A model generated the notes under the pieces. It worked only from the letters and a program-made list of their open reading frames with translations, had not been told where the DNA came from and searched no databases. Source: Bacteroidales bacterium (GTDB taxonomy: Bacteria; Bacteroidota; Bacteroidia; Bacteroidales; UBA4181). From it: 64,000 bases of DNA. How positions within the stretch are numbered: position 1 is the stretch's first letter; each line of letters opens with the position of its first letter. Positions 30,738 to 40,558 of this stretch are shown here, one piece after another. The translations under genes and the position numbers were made by a program. Location: NCBI GenBank assembly GCA_031271175.1, contig JAISWE010000099.1:30639-94638 (forward strand), in the 5' to 3' direction.

Positions 30738-33700
30738 TTAAAACACTACGTTAATCCCAACGCTGAATGTTGAGAACAGGGGATAATTATTCACTCCGGC
30801 GTCGGGCACTTCGGGATCAAGCTCCTTCATTTTACTGATGGTCAGAAAATTGGTTCCCCGCGCAAAGACTTTGACCGTTTTTACGGATGTGCTGAGCGGT
30901 TTATTGTAACCGAAAGTGTAACCGACTTCTGCGTTTTTCACGCGGAAGAAACTCGTGTTAGCCAGCCAGAAAGTTGAGTTGACAAAATTATTGTCGCCTT
31001 GCGTAGTCGTCAGGCGCGGGTAAGTGCCTTCGGGATTGTTGTCCGGGTGGTAGCGGTTCAGCGCCTGGTTTGACCATTTACGCTCGCCGAAGTTCCAGTA
31101 ATAAGTGTTGCTGAGCCACTTATTGACGCCAAGTTGCGAAACGCCCAGCATATTGAAGGAAAAGCCTTTGTAAAAGAGATCGACAGTCAACCCGAGATGC
31201 ACGCGCGGAAAATTGTTGCCAAGTTCGGTCTGGTCATTTTCATCGATCACCTCGTCTTTGTGCAAATCTTCATAGGCGATATCGCCGACGGTATAATCGC
31301 CGAACGTCTGGTGCGGAGCGCCTTGCAGGGCAACATCCCTGCCGAAAAGTCCCTTGGACACGTAACCGAACATGGCGTCGGAAGATTTACCCGTATGGCG
31401 CCGGTTTTCTTCGGGATATTCCACTTCATTATAGCTAATGAGCTTGTTTTTGCTGTAAATCCCGTTGATCCCTGCGGAATAATGGAAATCGCCCGTTTTG
31501 TTCATGTACTTGACTTCAAACTCGATACCTTGGTTGTGGACTTCCCCGAAGTTTTCCGGTGCATAGACGTCTCCATATATCGAGGAATGTTGCGAAGTAA
31601 CAAGCGTGATGAGATCAAAACGCTTTTCGCGGAAGTAATTGGCTTCCACCCACAGGGAGCGGTTGAACAGAAGCCCCTCCACTCCTGCGTTAAATTCAAG
31701 CGACTTTTCCCATTCCAGATCGGGATTGCCCCAGTTGGTCAGATCGACCCGCAGGATATTGACATTGGGCCGCAACTGGTAGTTGCCGTTATCCGACCAG
31801 CGGGTGTAATGGAGGTTCCACGGAGTTTGCGTATCGTAGCCCAAAAGTCCTCCGGACGCCTTTACTTTCAGATAGTCCGCCAGTCCGTTCCCTTTCAGAA
31901 AATCCTCTTCGGTGAGTATCCAGCCTGCGCCTCCGGCATACGACATGAAATGGCGGTTGCTCCCGTGAAACTTGCTGCTCCCCATAAGCGCCAGATCCAT
32001 TTCGACAACATACTTGTTCCTGAACGAATAATTAGCCCTCAATGCCGTATTGGTCGTTTGCAGATTGGTTGATTCGCCTGTGGCCTCTTTCATCATATAG
32101 TAATAGAAGAGGTTGGTCGAAAGTTTGTGTATTCCGTTGAAATTGCGGTCGAAATCCATGCGAAACAGATATGCATTCGTACGCAGGTTCCACGAATCGC
32201 TCAATGTGTTCTGGTCGGTTTTTACCGTTTTTTTCAGCGGCTGGAATACAACGGTATCCTGATGGCTTACCGGATTGTAATACCAGCGCTGGGCATAGGT
32301 GGCTACGCTGGTAGCAAGGCTTTCCGTACCGGTAAAAAAATTGTCGAAAGATAGCTGCGCTCCCAGCGACAGCCCTTCCACTATCTGCGACAGATCCATG
32401 TTAAGCCCGACATTGAGTTCTCCGTTTGCAACATTTTGGCGGTATCTCCCGCCATATACCAGATCGCCGTAGAGGTTGCTGGTATGGGCATAACTTGCAC
32501 CCAGCGCCGGATAGCCGAGCGAGTCAACCGCTATGTAGGCAGGATCGATGATCAGCGGAAATTCGTTAGGCCGCGTATCGCGAATACGGGTAAATGTTCC
32601 CGCATGGTCGAGAGACGGGCGTTTGGTGACATCGAATATCCCCGCCATACCGACAAAGGCCTTAAAATGATCTGTTATTTTCATGTCAAGGTTAGCCCTG
32701 AAATTGTAGCCGTCGCGTACCGGTGCTTCGCCTACCTTTTGCAATCCCGTATTTCCGGTATAACCGGCAACAAAGGCATACTGCATGTTTTCATTGCCGC
32801 CTGAAAATTCCAGAGCGGCTTTGCGGTAGCCGATGGTTTTTGAAAGGAAATAATCGATATAATCCACATCGGGATAACGAAGGTCGTTGGGGCCTGTTGA
32901 ATTACGGTAACCTTCCAGATCGGCAGTGTTGTACATCGGCGGCAGACCGTCATTTTGCCGTGCTTCGTTGTAAAGCCGGGCGTAGTCGTATGAGTTGAGG
33001 TACGTGGGATAGGCTACGGGCAAACCTGCGCCCATCTCTGCGGAGGCGCTGATTCTACGGGTATGTATTTTGCCGTGTTTTGTGGTCACCAGAACCACTC
33101 CGTTAGCGGCACGCCCGCCGTAGAGGATCTTCGAGGTCGCGTCTTTCAGTACCTGTACGGAGGCGACCTCATCCAGCAGCAATTTGTTGATGTCGCGCTC
33201 CACTCCATCGACAATGGTAATGATGCCGTTGTCCGTGTTGCGGTGATGGCCGCGGATGAACATCGACCCCGTATTGTTTCCCAAACCGTTGACGCTCATT
33301 TGCACTTGGAAACCCATGATATGTCCCTGGATCATGTTGCTCAAAAGCGTTTCCGGAGTGTGCAGCAGTTCATCGCCCGATACGCCGCTCACGGCGCCTG
33401 TCAGGTAACGCTGCTTCTCCTTGATGCCCATGGGCAAATCCACTGCATCAAGCGTTCCGGCGTAGAGCAATGCGTTTGTGAGCGTGAATGTAAGTTCGTT
33501 CTCCTCGCGTTCTATGTGGTATATCAAAGGTTCAAAACCTTTGGCCTCTACCAGCAGCGAAGAGCCTTGGCGGCATTTTACCTTAAACCGTCCGTTTTCA
33601 TCGCTGAAAACGACAATGGCTCCTTCGTCGGCCGTTATTTGTGCATTGCCTACAAATTTCCCATTGGGGGAAACTACTGTTCCCGTCATCCAAAATTCCG

Positions 33701-33812
33701 GAACGGCCTTCGTCTTTTTCTGAGCCGCTGCCCCAGCCGGGAACAGCAGTATCAACAGCGTCATAGACAAGGTAAGCAGGGAAACATATTGATTGATTCT
33801 TCTTATTTTCAT
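30738..33812 (-). CDS. SusC/RagA family TonB-linked outer-membrane transporter (pair 2)
   Basis: Carboxypeptidase-like N-domain, plug (IRGHHRNTDNGIITIVDGVERD) and TIGR04056-like barrel ending in FSVGINVVF. Confidence 0.92.
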   Translation of the reverse strand: MKIRRINQYVSLLTLSMTLLILLFPAGAAAQKKTKAVPEFWMTGTVVSPNGKFVGNAQITADEGAIVVFSDENGRFKVKCRQGSSLLVEAKGFEPLIYHIEREENELTFTLTNALLYAGTLDAVDLPMGIKEKQRYLTGAVSGVSGDELLHTPETLLSNMIQGHIMGFQVQMSVNGLGNNTGSMFIRGHHRNTDNGIITIVDGVERDINKLLLDEVASVQVLKDATSKILYGGRAANGVVLVTTKHGKIHTRRISASAEMGAGLPVAYPTYLNSYDYARLYNEARQNDGLPPMYNTADLEGYRNSTGPNDLRYPDVDYIDYFLSKTIGYRKAALEFSGGNENMQYAFVAGYTGNTGLQKVGEAPVRDGYNFRANLDMKITDHFKAFVGMAGIFDVTKRPSLDHAGTFTRIRDTRPNEFPLIIDPAYIAVDSLGYPALGASYAHTSNLYGDLVYGGRYRQNVANGELNVGLNMDLSQIVEGLSLGAQLSFDNFFTGTESLATSVATYAQRWYYNPVSHQDTVVFQPLKKTVKTDQNTLSDSWNLRTNAYLFRMDFDRNFNGIHKLSTNLFYYYMMKEATGESTNLQTTNTALRANYSFRNKYVVEMDLALMGSSKFHGSNRHFMSYAGGAGWILTEEDFLKGNGLADYLKVKASGGLLGYDTQTPWNLHYTRWSDNGNYQLRPNVNILRVDLTNWGNPDLEWEKSLEFNAGVEGLLFNRSLWVEANYFREKRFDLITLVTSQHSSIYGDVYAPENFGEVHNQGIEFEVKYMNKTGDFHYSAGINGIYSKNKLISYNEVEYPEENRRHTGKSSDAMFGYVSKGLFGRDVALQGAPHQTFGDYTVGDIAYEDLHKDEVIDENDQTELGNNFPRVHLGLTVDLFYKGFSFNMLGVSQLGVNKWLSNTYYWNFGERKWSNQALNRYHPDNNPEGTYPRLTTTQGDNNFVNSTFWLANTSFFRVKNAEVGYTFGYNKPLSTSVKTVKVFARGTNFLTISKMKELDPEVPDAGVNNYPLFSTFSVGINVVF

Positions 33813-33842
33813 GGTCTTATTTTCTTGTGGTTCATCATAAAT

Positions 33843-35828
33843 TTACCAGCCCGGGTTTTGCCTGATACTGGGATAGCGGTTGATTTCGTCATTGCGTATC
33901 GGGTACCAGTAATGCCTGCGTTCGAATACACGGATTTCCTCTGTAATCGTATTCAATGCATAGTTGAAGTATTTGCCGTATCTGGCGCTTTCCCTGTCTT
34001 CTACTGTCGCTCCGGGAGGGAACCACTGGCTGTTGACAGTAGGCGGCGCATCCGGACGGATTGCAACAACCGTACCTTTGATGGGGTTGGGGTCACCCGC
34101 AAAGAGCTGCTCTGCGATCATCCAGCGGCGAATATCGAACCAGCGGTGATTTTCGAACATCAGTTCTACAGCCCTTTCGTTGCGTATCCGTTCGCGTAGC
34201 GCCTCCTTCGTACCGGTATATTCGCTCCGCACTTCTCCCTGTCCCACGCGGCGGCGCACTTCGTTCAAAGCATCCACGGCGGAATAGCCGTATCCTTCAG
34301 GGTCCGCGGCGGGGCCGTACGCTTCGTTCATGGCCTCGGCATAGTCAAGCCATACCTGTGTCGTGCGGATCAAGATGCCGTTGAACGCATAAAGGCTGTA
34401 GTTGGGATTGTTGTTGCCGCTGGCTCCATTGTTGGATTCAGGCCACTGATACTTCTTGCACAGATATCGGGAAAGGATGTCGCCCCTGCCGCCCTCGTTA
34501 TTCCCGACGATGGTGTGTTCCTGTCCGCCCGGCCAAACGCTCAGATACCATGCATTGGCGTCTTCCGCGCTTCCAACGGCAGACTGGCGCGTGCCGAAGC
34601 GTTCACCCGGAAGCAGTATGGAATGATACAGCCGCGGATCACGGTTTTTATAGGGTTCATCGGCGCTGAATGCGGGATCGTCGCATTCCCAGCCCGTTGC
34701 CGTAAGCTCGGCCGGGTAACCGTCGATCGTCTCAAATTTATTGATCATGTTCTGGGAAGGACTGAAATTGGCAGTACCCATGTTGCCCGCACGGTTCGTC
34801 ATGTACCTGCTTTGCCAGAGTACGGCCACATCCTCTTCCCTGCCGGCGCCACAACTGTTGATGTACCACAGTGATTCCTGACTCACAAACTGGTTCTTGG
34901 GATGGTAGAAAATATGGGCATACTGATTGCCGGGCATCATCGTCTGGTCGTAAATGCCTTTGTTGTTTTCTATATATTTCAGGCAGTCCCATGCGTACTC
35001 GGCTGCAAGTTGCACCCGTTCGGGGTCGTATTCGGTATATTGGCGGGTCTCGGTCAGGTCATTTCTCATCAGGGGACTTGCCGCGTAAAGTTGCGCCATG
35101 GATTTCAATGCATAGGCCGAAGATTTGGTGGGGCGTCCCGTCTGAAGGTCCTCCCACTTGTCGGGAAGAAGGAGGATGGCCTGGTTCATATTTTCAATGA
35201 TCCAGTCGCTGCTCTCCGCATACGTGAGGCGGGGCATGTCGCCGGTATCGTCGCTGTTGTACAGCATGTCCAAAAGAGGCATCCCCCCAACCCGGCGGAT
35301 GATCTCGAAATAGAACCATCCGCGGAAAAAATATGCCTGCCCCATCAACTGGCTCTTCTGTATTTCCGTCAATTGCGCTATACTGGGGACATTGGCCAAT
35401 ATGCGGTTGCTGATGCGGATGCCGTAAAAGCATTTGGGGATGACCTTACCGTAGTTTTGATCGACGTTACCGTCATTCCAGCCTATTTCGGCCACATTGT
35501 CGCGCCCAAGCCATAAGCCTGCATTGAGCACTTCCGACATTTCAACCACTTGCCACTGAAGGCCCTGCTGGTGCCTGTTCTGCTTGAACACATTGGCGCC
35601 CTCGTCGCTCATTTCACCTATTTTGTAACCGCGCATGTTCTGCGAGGTATGTTTCCGATAGTCGTCGAGAAGATTGTACACTCTGTCGAAATAACCGCGG
35701 ACCGACTGGAAGTCATTGTAAACGATCTCTTCGGTAAAACCGAGGTCAGGCCGCTTGTCGAGATACTCCTGACACGAAACGAGACCGGATGCGATGGTTG
35801 CGATGGAAATATAAATTGCTTTTTTCAT
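33843..35828 (-). CDS. SusD/RagB family lipoprotein (pair 3)
   Basis: Lipobox SGLVSCQEYLDKRPD. FDIRRW...YWYPIRNDEINRYPSIRQNPGW. Confidence 0.9.
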   Translation of the reverse strand: MKKAIYISIATIASGLVSCQEYLDKRPDLGFTEEIVYNDFQSVRGYFDRVYNLLDDYRKHTSQNMRGYKIGEMSDEGANVFKQNRHQQGLQWQVVEMSEVLNAGLWLGRDNVAEIGWNDGNVDQNYGKVIPKCFYGIRISNRILANVPSIAQLTEIQKSQLMGQAYFFRGWFYFEIIRRVGGMPLLDMLYNSDDTGDMPRLTYAESSDWIIENMNQAILLLPDKWEDLQTGRPTKSSAYALKSMAQLYAASPLMRNDLTETRQYTEYDPERVQLAAEYAWDCLKYIENNKGIYDQTMMPGNQYAHIFYHPKNQFVSQESLWYINSCGAGREEDVAVLWQSRYMTNRAGNMGTANFSPSQNMINKFETIDGYPAELTATGWECDDPAFSADEPYKNRDPRLYHSILLPGERFGTRQSAVGSAEDANAWYLSVWPGGQEHTIVGNNEGGRGDILSRYLCKKYQWPESNNGASGNNNPNYSLYAFNGILIRTTQVWLDYAEAMNEAYGPAADPEGYGYSAVDALNEVRRRVGQGEVRSEYTGTKEALRERIRNERAVELMFENHRWFDIRRWMIAEQLFAGDPNPIKGTVVAIRPDAPPTVNSQWFPPGATVEDRESARYGKYFNYALNTITEEIRVFERRHYWYPIRNDEINRYPSIRQNPGW

Positions 35829-35849
35829 TTTTTTATTGATTTAGGGTGG

Positions 35850-38800
35850 TTAGAATCCGATTCTTAATCCGATGTTATAGCGCCGCACAAGGGGATAAAG
35901 CGAAGCCGAATTGCTTTCCGGATCGATATATTTGTTGAAATTGGTAAATGTCAACAGATTGTTGGCGTTCACATAGATTTGACACTTGGACATGCCGACT
36001 TTACCGATAAGTCTTTGATTGAAAGTGTAGGCGACTTCCATGTTTTTCAGCCTGAGATAGGAAGCGTTCCGATAGTTGTAGGTCGTGCCGCGTTGATTGT
36101 ACTGGCTGCTCGCAGTGAGTGCATGAAGGGTTGGTTTTGAAGCTGTTAAAGCCGTTTCGGGCGTCCAGCGGTTCAGTACGTCCGGGTTGGCAAAATAGTT
36201 TTCCACCTGTCCGAAGCGCAAATCCCACAACAATTCATCCGCCACATTTTTGTAAACGCCCAGCACACCGTACCACATCATTGAAAAGTCGAAATTCTTC
36301 CACGAAAAACCCATAGACCATCCATAGGTGGTACGCGGATAATTCTGCTTTTCCATCGGCATGCGGTCGTTGAGGTCATCGTAGATGATGGTGCCGTCTG
36401 CATTGTAGTCGATATACATAAAGTCGCCGGGCAACAGTGTGGTTTGCTCAACTGCCGAGGCATAATTATAGATGTCGTCTAATGACCCGTAGTACCCGGC
36501 CACGCCCAGGCGGGTTTGATAATCGATGGGTTTGCCTGCCTTCCTGAGGTATTCTTCCATCATAAAGGGGTCGTTACGCTCAACGACACGGTTTTCATTG
36601 GTGGAGAAATTGACCTTGATCCAGTAACGGAAGTCATCGCTTGTTTGGGCATTCCAGCCGAGTTCTATTTCCAGCCCGTGCGTTTTTGTCTCTCCAAGAT
36701 TGGCCTGTGGATCCTTGAACCCAAACCAGGCGGGGGTTATCTGCGACATGATGATACCCTTCCTGTTTTCCTTGAAGAAGTCCGCATTTCCGGTAAGGCG
36801 GTTGTCGAACAGGCCGAAATCGACGCCGAGGTTTTGTTTGTAGGCCGTTTCCCAGGTGGCGTTCACGTTGGCCGTTCCGTCTTCAACGATGATCGGCCCG
36901 TAGCTGTTGGCAGTGGTCGAACCGAGTTGCAGGTTCGGACTGGTGCTGGCGAGTTTGTATTTCTGAACGTATTCGAAAAAATCGGCGTTCCGGTCAAAGC
37001 CTACAGTGCCGTACGAATAGCGTATTTTAAGATTGCTGAGCGCTTGGGAAACAACGCTGTTCTTGATAAAGGATTCTTCAGAGATTCGCCATGCCACCGA
37101 GTAGGAAGGGAAAAACTTGAAACGCCTGTCGCGTGCAAACCTCATGGAACCGGTATATGCGCCATTGAGTTCTAACAGGTAACGTTCCGCATAACCGTAG
37201 GTCACGCGGGTTACCCATGCTTCTTCACGCTCCTGGTATTTCATGTTTACGGTGGCGCCGTCCAGCAGTTTGTCGATCTGGTTGCGGTCGAATACACCCA
37301 GCGCGGTAACGGCGTGTTTGCCGAAGGTGCGGGCATAGTTAACGGATGCTTCATATTTAATCCTGCGTTCATAGCCTCCACCGGTGATGTTATCGTATGA
37401 AACTTCGGGTCTTTCGCCCTGCCAGTTGGCAGGATTGGTCGGGAAACGGATATTTTCGATCAGTTCGTATCCTCCATCCGGAAGCGGTTGGGTGTAGTCG
37501 TACTTGCGGTAATACCTGATGTTTGCCTCGCCAAACGAACCGGCGCCGAAATTGCTGCCCTTGGCCTTTTGTATGCGCGACTGGCTTTCGTTGGCGGTGG
37601 TGAAGGAAAATTTCGCCTGTGCACTAAGCCCTTGGGTAATAAAATTGAGGTTCTGTTTCAGTCCCAAATCGACAAAGTTCTGGTAGGATTTGAACATCCG
37701 CTGTCCATGGTCGAAACTTTCGCGAAGATTACTCATCCCGTCAATGGCAGCGCCATACTCGCCATCGCTGTAGCGTACCGGGAACAGGTGGCGCGGATCG
37801 TTGTACAGTTCCCTGAAAAAGCTTGCCTCGTAGCTTCCGTCGAGACGGTAACCGGGCTGGTTGCGGTTTCCCTGCTTGCCGGCAAGGTTAACCGAGAGAA
37901 CGGTCGACGTGGTGAGGTTGAAATCCAGGTTGGTGCGCCAGTTGTAACGCTTGAAGTTGTGTGTGGGATCGAATATTTCGTTTTTTTCGGTACGGTAAAT
38001 ATCTCCTTCATTCAGAAAGGCAAACGACACGAAATACTTCACAAAGTTGCTTCCACCGCGGACATTGAGATTGTACTGCTGCGAAAATCCCAAGGGTTTG
38101 ATCATCTCTTTCCACCAGTCCACTTCGGGGAAATAGTCGTTGTCGGGACCGTAGTTGCCCGTAGCGAAAGCGTTTTCCCAAGCGGCAATTGTCGATTCGG
38201 GAATCAGCATGTTCCACGCCCCATCGTTGGCGACGGCTTCGTTCCACATTTTCATGGAGGTGACATAGTCGGCATATTCGGGTTTCATGGTGGGCTGCTT
38301 GAAGCCGAAGTTGGCGCTGATGCTGATGGAAGGCCGTTGATTCAAACCGCGCTTGGTAGTGATGATGATCACGCCGTTACCGCCCTTGACGCCATAGACA
38401 GCGGTGGCGGCGGCATCCTTCAGCACCGATATCGATTCGATCTCGTTGGGATCAACGTCATTGAAATCGCGCTCTACGCCATCTACGAGACAGAGCGGAT
38501 CGGTATTGTGCCACGTTCCCTTGCCCCGTATAATCAGCTTGGCTGCATCGTCGCCCGGCTTGGATGTACTGGAAATGGCTACCACCCCCGGCATTAACCC
38601 CTGAATGGCCTGCGACACATTGGTCACCGCTCCTGTTTTCAACAAATCCTCTCCTTTTGCCTGCGCAACGGAACCGATCATGGTGGTTTTCTTTTGCACG
38701 CCGTAGCCCACTACCACCACTTCTTCCAATTCGGCCGTTGATTCGTTCAAAACGAAATCAATTACCGTACGGTCACCGACCACCTCTTCTACGGTGGTAT

Positions 38801-39071
38801 AACCGACAAAAGAAACGGTAAGCACCGGATCCTTCACATTCACCGGATGAATAACGTATTCTCCATTGATATTGCTAGTGGTTCCGAGAGAGGTTTCCTT
38901 GACCCAAATCGAAGCGCCCGGCAATGGAGAGCCGGAATCATCCATGACTCGACCTTTCACCGTACGGTCTTGAGCTGACATCGGTAAAACAAGCATTGCG
39001 CTCAGCAGCGCCGTCATTATTGCAGACAGTATCTTCCGTCCTGCAGAACAGATATAATATTTGTTGTTCAT
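35850..39071 (-). CDS. SusC/RagA family TonB-linked outer-membrane transporter (pair 3)
   Basis: The N-terminal ~120 aa are nearly identical to the SusC at 23172-26267 and the remainder is divergent. Ends in IGLRIGF. Its ATG overlaps the sulfatase stop (ATGA at 39068-39071). Confidence 0.92.
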   Translation of the reverse strand: MNNKYYICSAGRKILSAIMTALLSAMLVLPMSAQDRTVKGRVMDDSGSPLPGASIWVKETSLGTTSNINGEYVIHPVNVKDPVLTVSFVGYTTVEEVVGDRTVIDFVLNESTAELEEVVVVGYGVQKKTTMIGSVAQAKGEDLLKTGAVTNVSQAIQGLMPGVVAISSTSKPGDDAAKLIIRGKGTWHNTDPLCLVDGVERDFNDVDPNEIESISVLKDAAATAVYGVKGGNGVIIITTKRGLNQRPSISISANFGFKQPTMKPEYADYVTSMKMWNEAVANDGAWNMLIPESTIAAWENAFATGNYGPDNDYFPEVDWWKEMIKPLGFSQQYNLNVRGGSNFVKYFVSFAFLNEGDIYRTEKNEIFDPTHNFKRYNWRTNLDFNLTTSTVLSVNLAGKQGNRNQPGYRLDGSYEASFFRELYNDPRHLFPVRYSDGEYGAAIDGMSNLRESFDHGQRMFKSYQNFVDLGLKQNLNFITQGLSAQAKFSFTTANESQSRIQKAKGSNFGAGSFGEANIRYYRKYDYTQPLPDGGYELIENIRFPTNPANWQGERPEVSYDNITGGGYERRIKYEASVNYARTFGKHAVTALGVFDRNQIDKLLDGATVNMKYQEREEAWVTRVTYGYAERYLLELNGAYTGSMRFARDRRFKFFPSYSVAWRISEESFIKNSVVSQALSNLKIRYSYGTVGFDRNADFFEYVQKYKLASTSPNLQLGSTTANSYGPIIVEDGTANVNATWETAYKQNLGVDFGLFDNRLTGNADFFKENRKGIIMSQITPAWFGFKDPQANLGETKTHGLEIELGWNAQTSDDFRYWIKVNFSTNENRVVERNDPFMMEEYLRKAGKPIDYQTRLGVAGYYGSLDDIYNYASAVEQTTLLPGDFMYIDYNADGTIIYDDLNDRMPMEKQNYPRTTYGWSMGFSWKNFDFSMMWYGVLGVYKNVADELLWDLRFGQVENYFANPDVLNRWTPETALTASKPTLHALTASSQYNQRGTTYNYRNASYLRLKNMEVAYTFNQRLIGKVGMSKCQIYVNANNLLTFTNFNKYIDPESNSASLYPLVRRYNIGLRIGF
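38688..39043 (-). repeat. 356-bp tract 97.8% identical to 25884-26239
   Basis: See 25884-26239. The two copies are in direct orientation, 12.8 kb apart. Confidence 0.9.
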
Positions 39072-40558
39072 AAAATTATTTTTTCAAAGTCAAACGGAAA
39101 AGGTGCGGAATATTGATGTGCTTCCTGCATGATTTTCAGCATTTCCGCGACAATTTCCGGATGCTGTTCCGCTACATTATGTTGCTCACGGATGTCGTCG
39201 GAGAGGTCATACAGTTCGACAATCGTTTTTTGAGAATGATTGACATTCAGGCGGATCGCCTTCCATTCGGCTTTTCTCACCGCCATTTTTCCACCCTGTT
39301 CATGAAATTCCCAATAAAGGTATTCATGTTGTCGTTGTTTTTTCTTTCCGTACAATGTCGGAAGAAAAGATATGCCGTCCGTATTTTCCGGCGTTTTCGT
39401 TTTTGTCAGTTCGGCTAAAGTGGCCATCACATCCCAGAAAGCGGCGACATGTCGGTTCACGCTGCCTGCTTTTATTTTTGACGGATACCATGCGATGAAA
39501 GGCACCCGTATGCCACCTTCGTACAAATCGCGTTTTACGCCGCGTAGCGTACCGGAACTTTTAAAATAAGCGGGGTCGGCGCCGCCTTCAACGTGAGGCC
39601 CATTGTCACTGGTAAAGATGACAACCGTGTTCCTGTCTATTCCCAATTCTTTCAAAGTATGGCAAATATCCCCCACGTAAGCGTCCAATCGTGTCACCAT
39701 GGCAGCAAAATCGGTTTTGGGGTGCGATGTGCTTCCATAGGGGCCTTTCCGGAAAGAAGGGCCATTGTCCACTCCCTGATAAGGTTTTTCCGAAAATTTT
39801 CCGTCATACATGGCGAAAATGCTATCATCAGGATTGACCAATTCGGCGTGGGGAATCACATAAGTAAGATATGCGAAAAACGGTCTGTCTTTGTGGGTGC
39901 GGATGAAGCGGATGGCGTTTTCGTGTATCATATCTTGCGCATACTGTCCTGTGGCATTGCCTCTGTTGCCTTCCAACCACACGGTATCCTGGTTGCTCCA
40001 CAGGTAGTAGGGGTAGTAATGGTGAGCCAGCGCCTGACTGTTGTACCCGAAAAAGCTATCGAACCCTTGTTGATGCGGAGCGCCTTCCGTTGATGGGGCG
40101 CCCAATCCCCATTTGCCGAAACACCCTGTTGCATAGCCATTGTATTTCAGCATTTTACTGATAGTATATGTTCCTTCCGGGTGAGGATAATCGCCGCCAC
40201 GGAAATGTTTATTGCCGCGAACGGGAGTATGTCCGGTGTGCAAGCCGGTAATCAGCGAAGAACGGGAAGGAGCGCTGACCGTGCAACCGGCATAAAATTG
40301 AGTGAATTTCATTCCTTCGGCTGCCAAACGGTCGATATTCGGCGTTTTGATTATTTCCTGTCCGTAACAGCCCAAGTCTCCATAACCCAAATCATCCGCC
40401 ATAATGAAGATGATGTTGGGGCTTTCAGCATGGTTGGGCTGGCACGCTCTGGCTACCACGGGACATATTACGGTGATTACTATCGCGCGACAGATACCCT
40501 TTGCGGTGATGTCCGAAAGCGGGACGATCCTACTTATATTTCTTACCCTTACTTTCAT
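39068..40558 (-). CDS. sulfatase (arylsulfatase / N-acetylgalactosamine-6-sulfatase-like), Ser-type active-site motif, chimeric 5' end
   Basis: IIFIMADDLGYGDLGCYG, GCTVSAPSRSSLITG (S-x-P-x-R with Ser at the formylglycine position), GKWGLG and FTSDNGP. The first ~30 codons derive from repeat module R (40461-40558). Confidence 0.88.
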   Translation of the reverse strand: MKVRVRNISRIVPLSDITAKGICRAIVITVICPVVARACQPNHAESPNIIFIMADDLGYGDLGCYGQEIIKTPNIDRLAAEGMKFTQFYAGCTVSAPSRSSLITGLHTGHTPVRGNKHFRGGDYPHPEGTYTISKMLKYNGYATGCFGKWGLGAPSTEGAPHQQGFDSFFGYNSQALAHHYYPYYLWSNQDTVWLEGNRGNATGQYAQDMIHENAIRFIRTHKDRPFFAYLTYVIPHAELVNPDDSIFAMYDGKFSEKPYQGVDNGPSFRKGPYGSTSHPKTDFAAMVTRLDAYVGDICHTLKELGIDRNTVVIFTSDNGPHVEGGADPAYFKSSGTLRGVKRDLYEGGIRVPFIAWYPSKIKAGSVNRHVAAFWDVMATLAELTKTKTPENTDGISFLPTLYGKKKQRQHEYLYWEFHEQGGKMAVRKAEWKAIRLNVNHSQKTIVELYDLSDDIREQHNVAEQHPEIVAEMLKIMQEAHQYSAPFPFDFEKIIL

